NCBI RefSeq assembly: GCF_006345805.1
Contig: NW_021825323.1
Span: 930,001 to 994,000 of the forward strand
From: Octopus sinensis
Lineage: Eukaryota
Length of the DNA stretch: 64,000 nt
Direction: 5' to 3'
The notes below the pieces were generated by a model. It had not been told where the DNA came from, searched no databases, and saw nothing but the letters and a program-made list of their open reading frames with translations. This document shows positions 1 to 12,089 of this stretch, piece by piece (positions within the stretch are counted from its first letter, which is position 1; each line of letters begins with the position of its first letter). Made by a program: the position numbers and the translations under genes.

Positions 1-468
1 GTATTAATTTATTTTTGAATTAAATAATTAAATGATTAAATTGAAATACAAATTTTTTAAAGAAAACATTCATTTATATACTGGTATTAATTTAAAGACA
101 TTTTGAGAAGGCATGTGACATTTCAGACTAGCGACCCTTAACGAAAAAGCAATGCATCATTTTGCCTGAAAATTTTTTGTAGCGTCTTTGAGTTTCTGCA
201 TTAAATATTCCGAGAAAGCCCCTGGACCTTTTGAATATTTTTTTAATCGAAACGTGTTCAAAAGAGTGGAGCATTTTTCACTCATCGGCTGGAGATTAAG
301 AAAGTCAAAATTATAGCTATTTAATTGATTGATTTCTATAAATACTGAGATTTATTGATATAATGAAGAAATATCCGAGTCCCTCTAATATAAAAACCTT
401 TTAGGATTAAAATAAGTAAAAGTTGATAAATTTATTAAACGAAAAAAGATTTTTGGTAAATAACCAGA

Positions 469-1710
469 CTAAACACGAAAATGATTTCGTTGTTGTTTAT
501 TGCGACCACTTTGAGTACGTAAAGTAGAAGCAGTTGATGAAACATCAGACATGGATCTCCGAGATCGTACACTTGCAGTGGAAGACATTGACAGTCGTGC
601 TAATTTCATATTAGTAATATATGTCAAACCGTATTTATTTTGATCTTTAATTATTATGTCGAGAGTTTTTTGCATCGAATCTACATCTTCTGGTGTAAAT
701 TTATTTCCGTCTCCAGAATCAGGTGTTATCAACGTCATCCCAAAATTTTCCTGAGCTACTTTAAGTCCTGGAAATGATCAATCTCACATCTCATAACCTC
801 CGGAAAGCACAATCAAGTTTGTGTAGCCACGTTCGACCAAAGTAGTGGCTGCTTGATGAATGTTTTTTTCATCCCAATCGTAAACAATAATCAATTTGTT
901 TTCTTTGGTTTTCTTTAAATTTTTATCCTCATTTCATACATAAGCTAGCATTTCTTTGGTCTCGTAGTTGTGCATTCGAGAGAGCATTGTCATTGGATAT
1001 GAAAGTGCTATATTTATGTGATTCACAAAACCAGTTTTTATGTGGCCTTTCATGTACAGGTCTTTATCCCTTAAATCCAATAGCAGATATGGAGACAGGG
1101 AATCTTCCGGAGTTAGACATTGATCAGTTTTTTTAACAGGTTCCTTTAAATAGGGCTCCATATTTTCATCCAGTTCTCCAGATCCGGATATAAGCCTATT
1201 ATATTAGCATAGAGAATACGTCAATAATGTCGGACGGGAATGTGATTTTGAGTTATTCCCATTGATATTAGTAGATGATGAAACCTCTTCTAAAACAAGT
1301 TCAAAAAACTTGCTAAAAGAACCATTTTTTGTTACATTTTTGGACAAAGCTAAGTCGACGTGTTCAATTTGTAAAATCTATGTGAATCTGCATCAAATTA
1401 TATTTTTATAAACCATTTGAATGAATGTTGTCAGTTTTATTCGTTTGAATATTTCGTTAGACCGAATTCGGAAATCTATATAAAAAGTATTCCAAGTACT
1501 TGTTCTGACATATTCCATATCTTGTGAATATTTGGCGCTGCTGCAGCCTATTAAATATTGTCACTCTTGGTAATAAATACCAGTATCAACCACGCTTGAT
1601 ACATGGTCATATTTTGGATTTTTTTTGATTTTTATTTCCAGGATCTTAATTTGGTAATCAACATATACTACACTCAGCGGTTTTGTGTTTCTTTTAGCAT
1701 TATATGACAT
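469..1710 (-). CDS. CEP41: Centrosomal/ciliary protein CEP41 (rhodanese-like domain), about 317 aa, 10 microintrons
   Basis: Spliced reading gives KNPKYDHVSSVVDTG, NEIFKRIKLTTFIQM, PYLLLDLRDKDLYMKGHIKT, IIVYDWDEK, RGYTNLIVLSGGLKV, matching CEP41 motifs. GT-AG introns at 1645-1671, 1548-1580, 1476-1499, 1378-1413, 1290-1322, 1196-1219, 1008-1031, 913-939, 768-797, 600-629. Confidence 0.9.
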
Positions 1711-1774
1711 TTAAATCAGTGCAATCCACAACCTATTAAATAAGTATTGTAATTGGTCCCATGGAAACGTTATT

Positions 1775-2307
1775 TTTATTTGCACTATCATAGAAACATA
1801 ATGTAACGAAAAACTAATTCCACATATGCCACACATGAGACTGTTGTCTTAAATATATTTTTCAAAGATGCGCGGTTGCGTGTTATACTCCTGAGAGTAT
1901 CAAGGTCGTCTTCATGAGAAAACAGTAGATAGGGTTATTTATGGATGTTCTTGGAACGCCGATTTGTTGTCTTTGTAATATGATTTTATTGCCTCAAAGA
2001 AAGCTGGAACACTCCTAGGAGATAGCGAAGACATTATAAGGAGAAAGATGCTGTTGACTGTTTTAATTAACGATTTGCGGACCATATGGCTACGAAACCG
2101 CAAGGTTGGAACATCCTTGCGTCCCAAGTTATACAATGATTTTGTTAAACCTATATTTTGGACATCTGAGTCTGAACTAAAATTCCTCAATACGTCCCAC
2201 AAAAGACAGTTGAGACTTCTTACTGGCATCAACTAATCGAAGAACATTAAGAACTCCACTCTATACCATATCTGAAACAGCAGACCAGTCGCTATGGTAC
2301 ATTATCG
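1775..2307. mobile_element. RTE-like LINE fragment with 5' inversion (3' segment on -, inverted upstream segment on +)
   Basis: + strand 2011-2307 reads LGDSEDIIRRK...LYNDFVKPI...HKRQLRLL...RPVAM. - strand from about 2010 reads VPAF.EAIKSYY...EDDLDTLRSITRNR, then an RTE-type 3' UTR and A-rich tail. Direct repeat aacgttatt at 1766-1774 and 2308-2316. Confidence 0.75.
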
Positions 2308-2610
2308 AACGTTATTAATACTTAATTTATAAAAACAATTTTTAGTTACTTTTGTTATATGTTTAGGAACTGAACTAAGAATAAAATATAACGAGTCCGA
2401 TATATTTTTTACGACAAACAGATAATTTAATATGGTTCGTTAAACGGTGTCACGTCAATAAATGATCTAAAATTTGTAGAAATAAAAAACTGCAGAAATA
2501 TGACATTCTAGTCAGTAAATTACAGTTAAATTGTAAAGCTTAAATGAAGATCGACGAAGGGATGGGATTACTAATTTATTTAACAAATAATACATTAAAT
2601 TATCATGAAT

Positions 2611-3589
2611 TATTATTATATAGCACTGTCGGAAAATCATAAATTTAATTAAGTTTTCCTTGTGCCACAGCCAGTATCCTCACACACATCCGTTTCCATG
2701 CCCCCTGTTTTTTGCTATAGTCCGTAATGAATCAAGATCGTCCCAACTTTTCAGTCTTTTGTTTACTCCTGTCAAGTCTTCGTTTAACGCGGTAGGTAGA
2801 GTGACTCTAGGTCTTCCACGGAAAGCTCCTTTGGATTGGGCAAAATAGTTTTCCATGGCGATGTTCGGCGGAGCGAGGTTGTCCAGTCTCAATATGTGCC
2901 CAAAAAGTCTCCATCTGGATTCCAGGATGTCCATGGAGATCAGTCTCGAGTTAGATCTGTTGTATAAGGCCGAGTTAGATATTTTTCTTGGGAATTGTAT
3001 GTTCATAATTCTTCTCAGTTGATTTTGATGAAATTGGTTCAAACTGTTATATCAGCTTTGGTGATTCATGTAGATCCATTATACATCAAGACAGGAACAA
3101 TAAACGTATTATATATCTTTAGTTTTGTCTTTGTACTCAGTTTCCTTAATCTCCAAATGTTCAAAATTTTGTTATACGCAGCGATCGATAATATCTTTCT
3201 ATGGGTGATATCTTCAGAGTCACCCAGGAGTGATCCGACTTTTTTTTGCTTTCTCCAGGGCTCATCATGGGTGGGTTCAACGTGAACAATTTTCGTGTAT
3301 TCCGTTTTATTATGATTGACTGTTAGAAACCATTTGGAAAATATATGTGGTAATGTTTCAATAATATACTGAAGGGTTTCAGCGTCTTCAGAAACGAAGT
3401 CGACATCTTCGGCATATATTATTTCATTGTATTTGCTATCAATTCTGAGAATCTCAGTACACCGTTTATATTTTTGACATAAAGCAGCGGTCCATCTGTG
3501 CGTCCAGATAACATCAGCAGTGAACCTTCCAGTTCTGAATCCCCGTGTACTAGCCCGTTTTCACACCTGGTATCTACTAGCCCGTTTTC
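2611..3589 (-). mobile_element. 5'-truncated, internally deleted RTE-like LINE
   Basis: Motifs GFRTGRFTADVIWTHRW, IYAEDVDFVS, VGSLLGDSED, ESRWRLFGHILRL, RGRPRVTLP; (TAA)n-like tail; 10-bp TSD tatcatgaat at 2601-2610 and 3590-3599. Confidence 0.9.
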
Positions 3590-3710
3590 TATCATGAATG
3601 GTGTTTCTATTATTAAATAAAAGCAATTTATTCTTGAATAAAGAGCATTTTTAATTATTTTTAATATATTCTCAATCAAATTAATTTAAAAAAATCATAA
3701 ATATATTATT

Positions 3711-5718
3711 ATGAATAATGTTGTCATTTATCACTTACAAAATAGCAAAAGAATGAAATCGGAAAATCTTATGAGATTTCAAACAAAGATGAACTTCTTG
3801 CAATATTTTCTCACACAGATGCAATTATGGAGACCACCGTTTTCAGAAACATCCCCAACTTTATAAAAGCAGGAGGGACACCCACAGAAACCGTAGATCT
3901 GCTAAAAAACAGTTATGTTGGGTATCCTAGATTAAATAATTTACTAATGGAATGGCTACTTGAATTGGGTTATTTTTCCATAAGTTTATTCACAGGAGAC
4001 GACAAGGCTTCAGTCGAATCTACAATTCGTGAGACCTTTGCTGGAATTCTCAAAGAAAAAGTACAATTTAAAGATTTTGATCATCTGACACCTTCTATTG
4101 ACAACCCTCCGACATGGCTTAAAAATTTCATGTTTTACCCGGAATGGCGGGAACTTGTTTATTGTCAGTTTAAGGAAAATCCTTCTAGTAAAGTTCTTGG
4201 TTGTGCAATAAAAGTATTTTTATTATTTTTTTATTTTTCTAAGTATGTCTCGACCACGAATTTTCGGTATGAACTTGATTCGGTAGCACATCTCGTAACT
4301 GAAGATATTGAAATATTTTTTTCTATTTTATCTGACCTACTACGACGGTTTATTGACGCTTCGAATCTTGGAGAAGCTTTCAAAGCTCGGAAGTCTCTTG
4401 TGGTACACTGTTGCTGTTATTCTTACTAGAAACTAGCCAGTTCTAGTTTTCATTCACTTTTGACAGTTCAGTTAGTACTTAGCTCGTTGGCTCATACAAA
4501 TGGGCGGATTCGTGACTGCATAACAGACCTGTCTCACTATGTTTACAAAAATGTGTCAAAACAGTATTTTGTGAATTTATTTCTTAGATTAAATGTATTT
4601 TGTGTTCAAAATATTATTGAACGAGTAAATTTAACTGATTCGGATTTGATGGAAATGACGGTCCAAATGAACGCTGTTATTGACCGAGGGAGTTTTGCGG
4701 ATCTTGATATCAGCAAAGTGGGCATTTCTATTTGTGTACTAAGAAATAGTTTTGCGATATATGCAAAAATAAATCATGAATTTTATTGTATATTTTGATA
4801 GATTGGAATAACAGAGGGTTCAGTGGATGGTCATTGGTCTTGTTCTGTCAAACCTTTTATGGGTTTGGTTAATTTTGTGTTAATGTAGAAATTCTGGTTG
4901 AAGCTATATTCGTTGAGAGATTTTCTTTTCCAGAAAATTCATTTCAATCTTTAATTCAATTTGCTTACAATTTAGACGAGTCAAATGTTATAGATAGTAT
5001 TTAAATTGACCAGGGGACTATGTCAGTCTCAAGTTTCCATGAACTTGTGACGGAGACTGTTGATGTCATGTACAAATCTGAAAAATCTGGTGAACTAAAG
5101 ACAGCATTGTGTTTTTTGAAAGAAAAAAGTCTTGAAACTCCTTTTACGGCATTGGGAATCCTCAGGTGGATTTTTTCCGTCACACGAAAACCAAGTTACT
5201 TTATGATTGAGTCGGAAAAGCCTTTGCATTTATTTTTTATCGACGAAATTGTGGATGCCCACCCATCGCTGCATTATCAAGTCTATTCGGTGCTAATCGA
5301 ACTATTCGAAATTCACTATGATGCCATTGACGTCGGGAACTCTCAGGTATAAACTCAAATGCACATTATTTATTTTTGATAGATCAAACACAGAAAAATA
5401 ATAATCGACAGATTAGTCCATTTGTTGTTTAATGGATTTATTTTTAAAATTTTGTATTATTTTACTGGGAGGATTGCTTCAAAGGACGTTGATTTTTCAC
5501 TCGTTCGTTATTTTGTTAATTCGGTTTTTTGTTGAGTATTAATTGGTAGGTTTTGAAAAATATTAGTCCTCCATATAGTCCAGAGTTCCACCAAGTGTTA
5601 TGTGATATTATCAAATTGTTGGAGCCTTCGGAAAGATCTAATTTTTGTTATAAAACATTTAAGGGTTTGTTCAAATTGAACCATTTTTGTAGACTGGACA
5701 TCTGATACTGCTAATTAA
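3711..5718 (+). CDS. NELFCD: Negative elongation factor C/D (TH1-like), about 548 aa, 11 introns
   Basis: FSHTDAIMETTVF...AGGTPTETVDLLKNSY...NLLMEWL, PTWLKNFMFYPEWRELVY, LFFIDEIVDAHPSLH, IIDRLVHL, ISPPYSPEF. Intron lengths 26,27,30,27,24,84,26,27,36,26,28 give a continuous frame. Confidence 0.88.
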
Positions 5719-5968
5719 TTTTGACGTTTTTACTGATGTTTTTAATTAAAATAATTCTTTTTAAGCTAAAATATGTTGGTTTCGGAAGATGGATTGGTAC
5801 AGTAGTTTTGGCAAAGTTGCTCTCCTCTACGGGAAGAGCAAGACTTAAAAATATAGATTAAACATGAATATGTAAAATTCGAGTTATCGATTTGTTAATT
5901 ATGAGAATATATCAATAGTTATCTAAAGAAAAAAATAAGTCGATTAAAAGTTAATAATATTGAGGTAT

Positions 5969-8632
5969 TTAGTGATTCAAAGATAAAAAATCTGGGATAT
6001 ATTCCTGCAGATTAATATAAAAGACAAACCTCGGCACTATTTTCCTCATTTAAGTGATAGTTGGATTCGTCATTTAGAGAAATTTTCTAAATTTATCAAA
6101 AATAAATTAATAACCTTATATTTTCCTATATAGAACCAAAGAAAAGAGTGAATCTTCAAAAAACGACCCAAAATAAAAAACACTGAGAGAATAGAGGTGA
6201 GAAAAGATACAATCGTCAAATGATATAAGATACCAAACATTAAAATAATTACAAACCTTCTCGAACATACAAATAAAATGTTATGTTGAACTGAAGAAAC
6301 ACGGTGGCCAACAAAGAACAGTTTATTGACAGGCGACAGACACTTCTACTTACCGTCGCTTTCTTGTATGCGTAGATTAAGTTATATTTGTCGATTTCCC
6401 GTTTGATAATAAAATAGAGCAGCCCTAGAAGTGTTTTGTATGGTTTTACTAACCAAATGGAGTAATGATAGGACAGGAAAGACTGTAAGATACGACAATA
6501 ACAAAAATACACAACTGCCAAGCATAATTAATGCCGAATTGATATTCGTATGTTAATTTCTAAATCAGGCCAAAAACTATACGTTTTGTAAATTTTTGAG
6601 TTCATTAGTTGATCGGAGACACATGAATCTGAGGAAAAACATGAACAATTCTCCAATTCTAAGTAACTCGGCTATATTCCCCAAAAAGGCAGCAGTAATT
6701 ACATAATTGACGAAAAAAACCCCATTTGACGACAGATAAACACATCTGGCAAAATAAGTAATGTAAATCACTAACTCCCACGTGATAGAATCAAAGTCAA
6801 ATAAATAAGCAACAAGAGAAAATGCACTAAACATAAGAAAATATGAGAACCTGGTAAGTCCAAGAGAGGGGAGAATAAATACCATCAAGAGAAGGAAACT
6901 GAAGCATTTCAAAACAACGGCCTTATGTTCGGCAGTCCTTGAAATGCAAGGAATAATGAAACCTAGTAAAATGTTGAACCCACTGTTCGGAAATGTACAG
7001 AATATTTGGTAAAAGAGAGGAAAGAAGCACTAACAAAAATGGAGGCAACAAATCCACAAAAATTCGGAACTTTAGACTTGTTATTTTAAAAATACTTTAA
7101 AGCTTTTGATAGTGGTGGTCAGTTTCAGTTGTTCCAAAGAAGCCAACATTATGGTTGGAGTTGTCAAAAAGAAGAGAGTTATTAACAGCACTAAGTTTAT
7201 TAGCCAAGTACGTATAGTCCACCACCACTTTCCGTAAAGTGGAAGTGTCTCCCTATAAATGCTTATATAGATACAACCAATATATTGTGCTGGAAGTCGG
7301 GGCTCTGATAACTTTCCATTTTGGGACATTTAGTAATATAGAAACGGAAGATGATTTAAAGTTATCCTCCTTTGGTGGCAATAGAGGATTAAAGTTTCCT
7401 AATACTCTTTGAACGTTTAAACTAAAAATTACTCTACGGAGTCGTTATTAGACTGAAACGTCACAAACGCAATTCCAAGTTTTTTTAGTGAATTTTGTTC
7501 TTGTTCAATTTTGGATTCAACATCAACAAGTGTTTTTTCGTAATATTCAATTGCGTCGGTCTAAAATGATTAGTGAATTTAACTTGTTGACAACAACAGC
7601 ACATAATCCCACATTTCATGGCAGACATGAGAGGGCGAGAATCTGTATTTTGAAATTTCCTCAGTACAATACATAACGCACTTTTCAGCATTTCCCTGTA
7701 CATAGAAAGCATTAAACTTGCCTTTCCTCCATCAGTATCTTTAATTTCCGAATGTCTCTGGCAATTTCAACATGGGTGACCAATGAATACGCTTCTCTGT
7801 TAATATTATAATTTTTTAGAGAACTCAAAATGTCTTTTAATCAAATCCTCCGACAATTCCTTAGAAATACGACTTATCATCAAAGTTTTTGAAGACTAAA
7901 TAGACGTTATTAGACTTACTTTAGAGGTTTCAGAACTAGGCAACACATTTACAAATTTGAACAACATTATTATGACAAGCACAATATGATATAGGAGAGC
8001 AAGCAATATATGTGTCCAAATATATGGTGATCTGAAAGTTATATCAGAAATTCAACTTTGGATCAATATTGCTTAAGATTGTAAGAGAAAATGAATCGGT
8101 TCCTTTATCTAGAATTGATAATTTGTAAAAATCTTTACATATGTTTCCTTGGGAATTTATGGGAGCAACCACAAATAGTGAAAGTAGACAAATAAAAGCA
8201 ATATATGCAATTAGATATCTTTGAAAACGAATATACTGAAGGGCGTCGTTTCCACATCGGTCGGCTAGTTCTCCCTCGCTTAAAATTAGTCATTTTCGTT
8301 AACCTCAACATAAAAAACTTAAAAAAAGATATTTTTTCGTTTCCAAAATCATCAAATGATTCCTGTACTTTGTAATATGAAAGAATTGTGTTTGAGTGAC
8401 TAGAAGTTTATTTTTTTCGTCTTAAAACCACTGCTTTGGGATAAGGGATGCACTAGGTCCTGTCAACCGTTTACTCATTTTTCTAAGAATATAAAACACG
8501 ATGAGAAGGCTCTAAGGAATTATATTTAAGAAAGCTAACCGCAAATCCGAAAACATTGAAAGCGATATTTTCAGGAATTCCATCAAATTTGGACTTGAAG
8601 GTTGTGTTTCGATTACAATTCTGAACATTCAT
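5969..8632 (-). CDS. TMEM63: CSC1/TMEM63 (OSCA family) channel
   Basis: DGIPENIAFN, CGNDALQYIRFQRY, LGIAFVTF, WKVIRAP..IYWETL, LFFLTTP, VFILPSLGLT, NGVFFVNYVITAAFLGNIAELLRI, IDKYNLIYAY; many hydrophobic exons separated by microintrons. Confidence 0.9.
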
Positions 8633-9189
8633 GTTACAGAACTATATAAAACAGAATGTATTTATAAACTTCATTATTAAAGAAATTAAATAATTAATTA
8701 AATGAATTTAAATTTATTAAAATTGAGACTCAGATGGTTAAAAATTATCCATCTAAGAAAACTCAGATAAAAATTAGCTCTAAGACACTTGGGATTTAAT
8801 TAAGTTCGATCTTAATTAAATTTGGTCAAAATACGTCAATAAAAAATTATACTGTTATGAAGTCAGATAAATAAAGAATTCCTTTAATTTCCGTTTAATT
8901 CTTCAATATAATTTACAACAAAATGCCTTATTTGGCTATTGTGTTAATTGCCTAATTAGGGTTTTCAAAGTTAAATATTATAAATCAGTCTTAATTGGAA
9001 TTACACTTATGTTTCAAAGTGCATTCAATAGCATAGTAATAAACAACAATTATGTTTTTGGTTAGCCACATAAGGTAGCATAGATTATTCTAACTTAATC
9101 AATTGATTAGTATAAAATCAATTCATTACTTAAAAATAATATATCGCGAGCGCAGAAAGCAACCAGTCAATGTCGAAGTTTTGTTGGGG

Positions 9190-9500
9190 TCACCATTATT
9201 GTCCAAATCAGCTTTGGAAGTGTCCAACGCAATAAATAAAATAAAATTAATGTTTGGAAAATCTTTAATTCCTCAAATGAACAATAGGAAGGAATTTTTC
9301 AACGAAAGGATTTCCCGATTATGTCAAGAGTACAGGATAAAGCACGTGAGAGTACGTGCAAGGAGCCCCTGGGTGCAGGGGCAGGTAGAAAAACTAAACC
9401 AATCCTTGAAATATATGTTTTCCTTCACCTGTTTGTCTGAAAACCTCAATTATAAATGGATTTTATAATAGACCGGATATCCAGTTCATATAATTCAACG
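9190..9500 (+). mobile_element. Degenerate rve-type integrase remnant (Ginger/KRBA2-like or LTR-derived)
   Basis: IPQMNNRKEFFNERISRLCQEYRIKHVRVRARSPWVQGQVEKLNQSLK resembles the QSDNG.EF...H...P..QG.VER.N..LK integrase core; the catalytic D is lost. Confidence 0.7.
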
Positions 9501-10254
9501 AAATCTGAAGATGGCTCTGCTGTTTGAAAAAATAGCAGAGACTTGGTCAGTTTATGAACCAATTGTTTTTTTAAATAAATTTTGTTTAATATTTTGGCTT
9601 TCTGATCTTTCAGTTTTTACTCATTAAGATTCCCCATTGTCACCTGAAGTTTCAAATATCAGAAAAGATGGTCACAGTAGATATGGATTGTAATTTTGAC
9701 CCACGAAAATCTCCCTTTAGTAAGTATCTCAACTCACGTGAGACCATCTGTTGACGTACCGTTGACGCCTTGTTTAAGAAATTTCAAATAATAGATTTTA
9801 AATTTCTTGAAATTTCAAGTGAGAGGCAAGCATAATGTTTTGATTAGACATTTTTGAAGTGCATTCTACTAAAAATTTTAACAATTCAAATTATATAATG
9901 ATTAATTTTTTTTCAAATAATTGAGTCAAATAACAAGGTCAGGAACAGAGCGGCCAAGTTCGATCTGCGAACACGAATCTGCGAGCATTGTTAATTAATT
10001 AATTATTTGTCGTTCTTTAAGCAAGTCTACCAAATAAATACATTTGGTTTTTTCAATTATTTATGGCTAGCTTAGACAAATCGCCCTGTTTTTTTCTTTC
10101 CAAAGGACAGTAAGTACGGTGTATTAAGTTTGGATACTTAATGACTCGGTTGCATATCGTTAACTTTCGGCGTTATGGCAAGCGGCCCAAACCGATTTCG
10201 CGCGATTGTTTTTAGCCTGCTATCACACAGAACCGGTGACAATTAAAACCAAAG

Positions 10255-10582
10255 ATAGTCAGCAACCCAGGTTCCGCCAGTGTTCAGGCTGAGGAGTCAA
10301 AGAGGACAAAATATGCTTGTATTTTAGACGCTCTCGAGTTTGCCACCCTCGCCTTCGAAACCTATGGAATCGTCGGCAAAGCTGCGACTCAACTTCTTTT
10401 TGACATTGGTTGGAAAATTTCGACACAAACTAACGACTGGGGGGAGACTAGCTGTTTTTTCCAGCGAATCTCAGTCCCTGTTTTCCACGAAAACTGCCAC
10501 TCAATACTCAACGCGGCGTCGTTCTTCAATAAAATTTGACTTAGTCATAGTCACTAAATTAAAGTACTGTCATGTAAAAAAA
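10255..10582 (+). mobile_element. 3' fragment of CRE-like non-LTR retrotransposon (restriction-like endonuclease end)
   Basis: PGSASVQAEESKRTKY...FATLAFETYGIVGKAATQLLFDIG...FFQRISVPVFHENCHSI, followed by a short A tail. Confidence 0.7.
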
Positions 10583-10841
10583 CAGTAGATAGATTATTCT
10601 TGATGTTATTCACATATATTATTATTTATTTTATCACTTCATAAGGAGAGATTATAATTGTCTTGGAAGAAGTTAGGACGGCCAGTAAAATTATTTTCAA
10701 ATGACGTTTTCTTACAATGAGAAAATTTAAGAAAAATATTAAATGAATAGTTTTTAATTTCAAATATCTTTGAGGTTAGTGCTGATCTATATTTTGAAAT
10801 TGTGATATTTTTTTAACTATTGATTAAATTAGTCTTCCGCT

Positions 10842-11679
10842 ATGGAAATCAAAGCAAAATTGGAACTTATAAATAACTTAATATCCTCTGTCTGGAATAA
10901 TTCTGGTCTTAAGTCTCCTTTTCCTCGGCTTGTCTGCGTAACTAAGAAAAAACCGGTTGAGAGTGTTATCGCTGCTTATCAATGTGGCCAAAGGAACTTT
11001 GGAGAAAATTATGTAATATATAACAAGGAGATGTTTCTAGATTTCTGAATTACTGGAAAAATCCAAAAATTCCGACGTTTATTAAAAAATGTATATTTTA
11101 GATAATTAATCATTGTCCTGAGATAAAATGGCACGTCATTGGACACATCCAGTCAAATAAAATCTCGAAATTATCTGGTTTTTTGATTATATAATTTAGA
11201 AATACAAAATTTATTTATGGTCGAAACAGTGCATTCCAGAGAATTTGCCGCCAAATTAAACCATGTTTGGCAGTCACTACAAAGACCTTCTTTAAATGTG
11301 ATGATTCAAGTCAATACAAGCCAAGAAACTCGTAGTTTCATCAATTTAGTTTTCTAGAAAAAAGCGGATGCGATGTTGACTCTGTTCCTGAAATCGCCGA
11401 ATTCATAGTCCGTGACTGTCCTTGTTTAAATTTTGTTGGATTAATGACGATTGGCATGCAACTTGATTCAAAATTAAACTTTAGTGTTGGAATTTCGGAT
11501 AAGCAAGTTTTTAGGTTTTGTTGGAATGTCGTAACGAAGTTTCGCGTCGTTTAGGAATTCCGACAGATGGAATTGACCTGAGTATGGGAATGTCGAATGA
11601 TTTTGAAACTGCAATTTCCATGGGAAGTTCAAGCGTTCGTATCGGAAGTAAAATATTTGGTTCAAGAACCCCGCAATAA
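10842..11679 (+). CDS. PLPBP: Pyridoxal phosphate homeostasis protein (YggS/PROSC)
   Basis: [73 protein letters not shown]; introns of 28, 25, 22, 26 and 29 nt. Confidence 0.95.
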
Positions 11680-12089
11680 TTCTTGCTATTCTGACACTAA
11701 TTTTTTTCATTTAAACGTTAAAAATATTGTTTTAGTTATTTAAGTTTGAGTTTCATTCCCATTTTTTGAAAAATATGAATTTTTTAAACAAGGAAATTGT
11801 ATAAGAATATATTCAAACAGATTTACACAAAGATTAAAGACCACATTTTTTCAAAAAATAATCTTGATTTAAAAAAGGAAATCAACTAGAATATTTTGTA
11901 TATGAGACTTAACAGATTTCATGGGAAGCTATAATTCAGTGTTTATTATTTTTAATGTTTTTTCTGTTATGAATTTAAATATTTTTTATATATAATTTAT
12001 TAATTTATAATTTATTGTTTTAAAATAATTTTTAAACAAGTTATATATATATAAGGAAATAGGAAATAAATCTCATTTTTGTTTTTCTG

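Noticed and set aside
128-400. Possible small - strand gene downstream of CEP41
   Set aside because: One exon-like stretch of about 60 codons, with no recognisable family or convincing start.
4718-4801. 84-nt NELF-C/D intron as a hidden microexon or snoRNA host
   Set aside because: The internal AG leads to a stop with no usable downstream donor; no C/D or H/ACA boxes; skipping it gives the expected spacing.
8794-8821. Perfect 11-bp hairpin atttaattaag-ttcgat-cttaattaaat upstream of TMEM63
   Set aside because: Almost all A/T; plausible by chance at this composition.
9940-10240. GC-richer patches with a B-box-like gttcgatc and a hAT-like cagagcggccaa start (tRNA, SINE or MITE?)
   Set aside because: No cloverleaf, matching A box, partner TIR or TSD found by eye; needs tRNAscan/Infernal.
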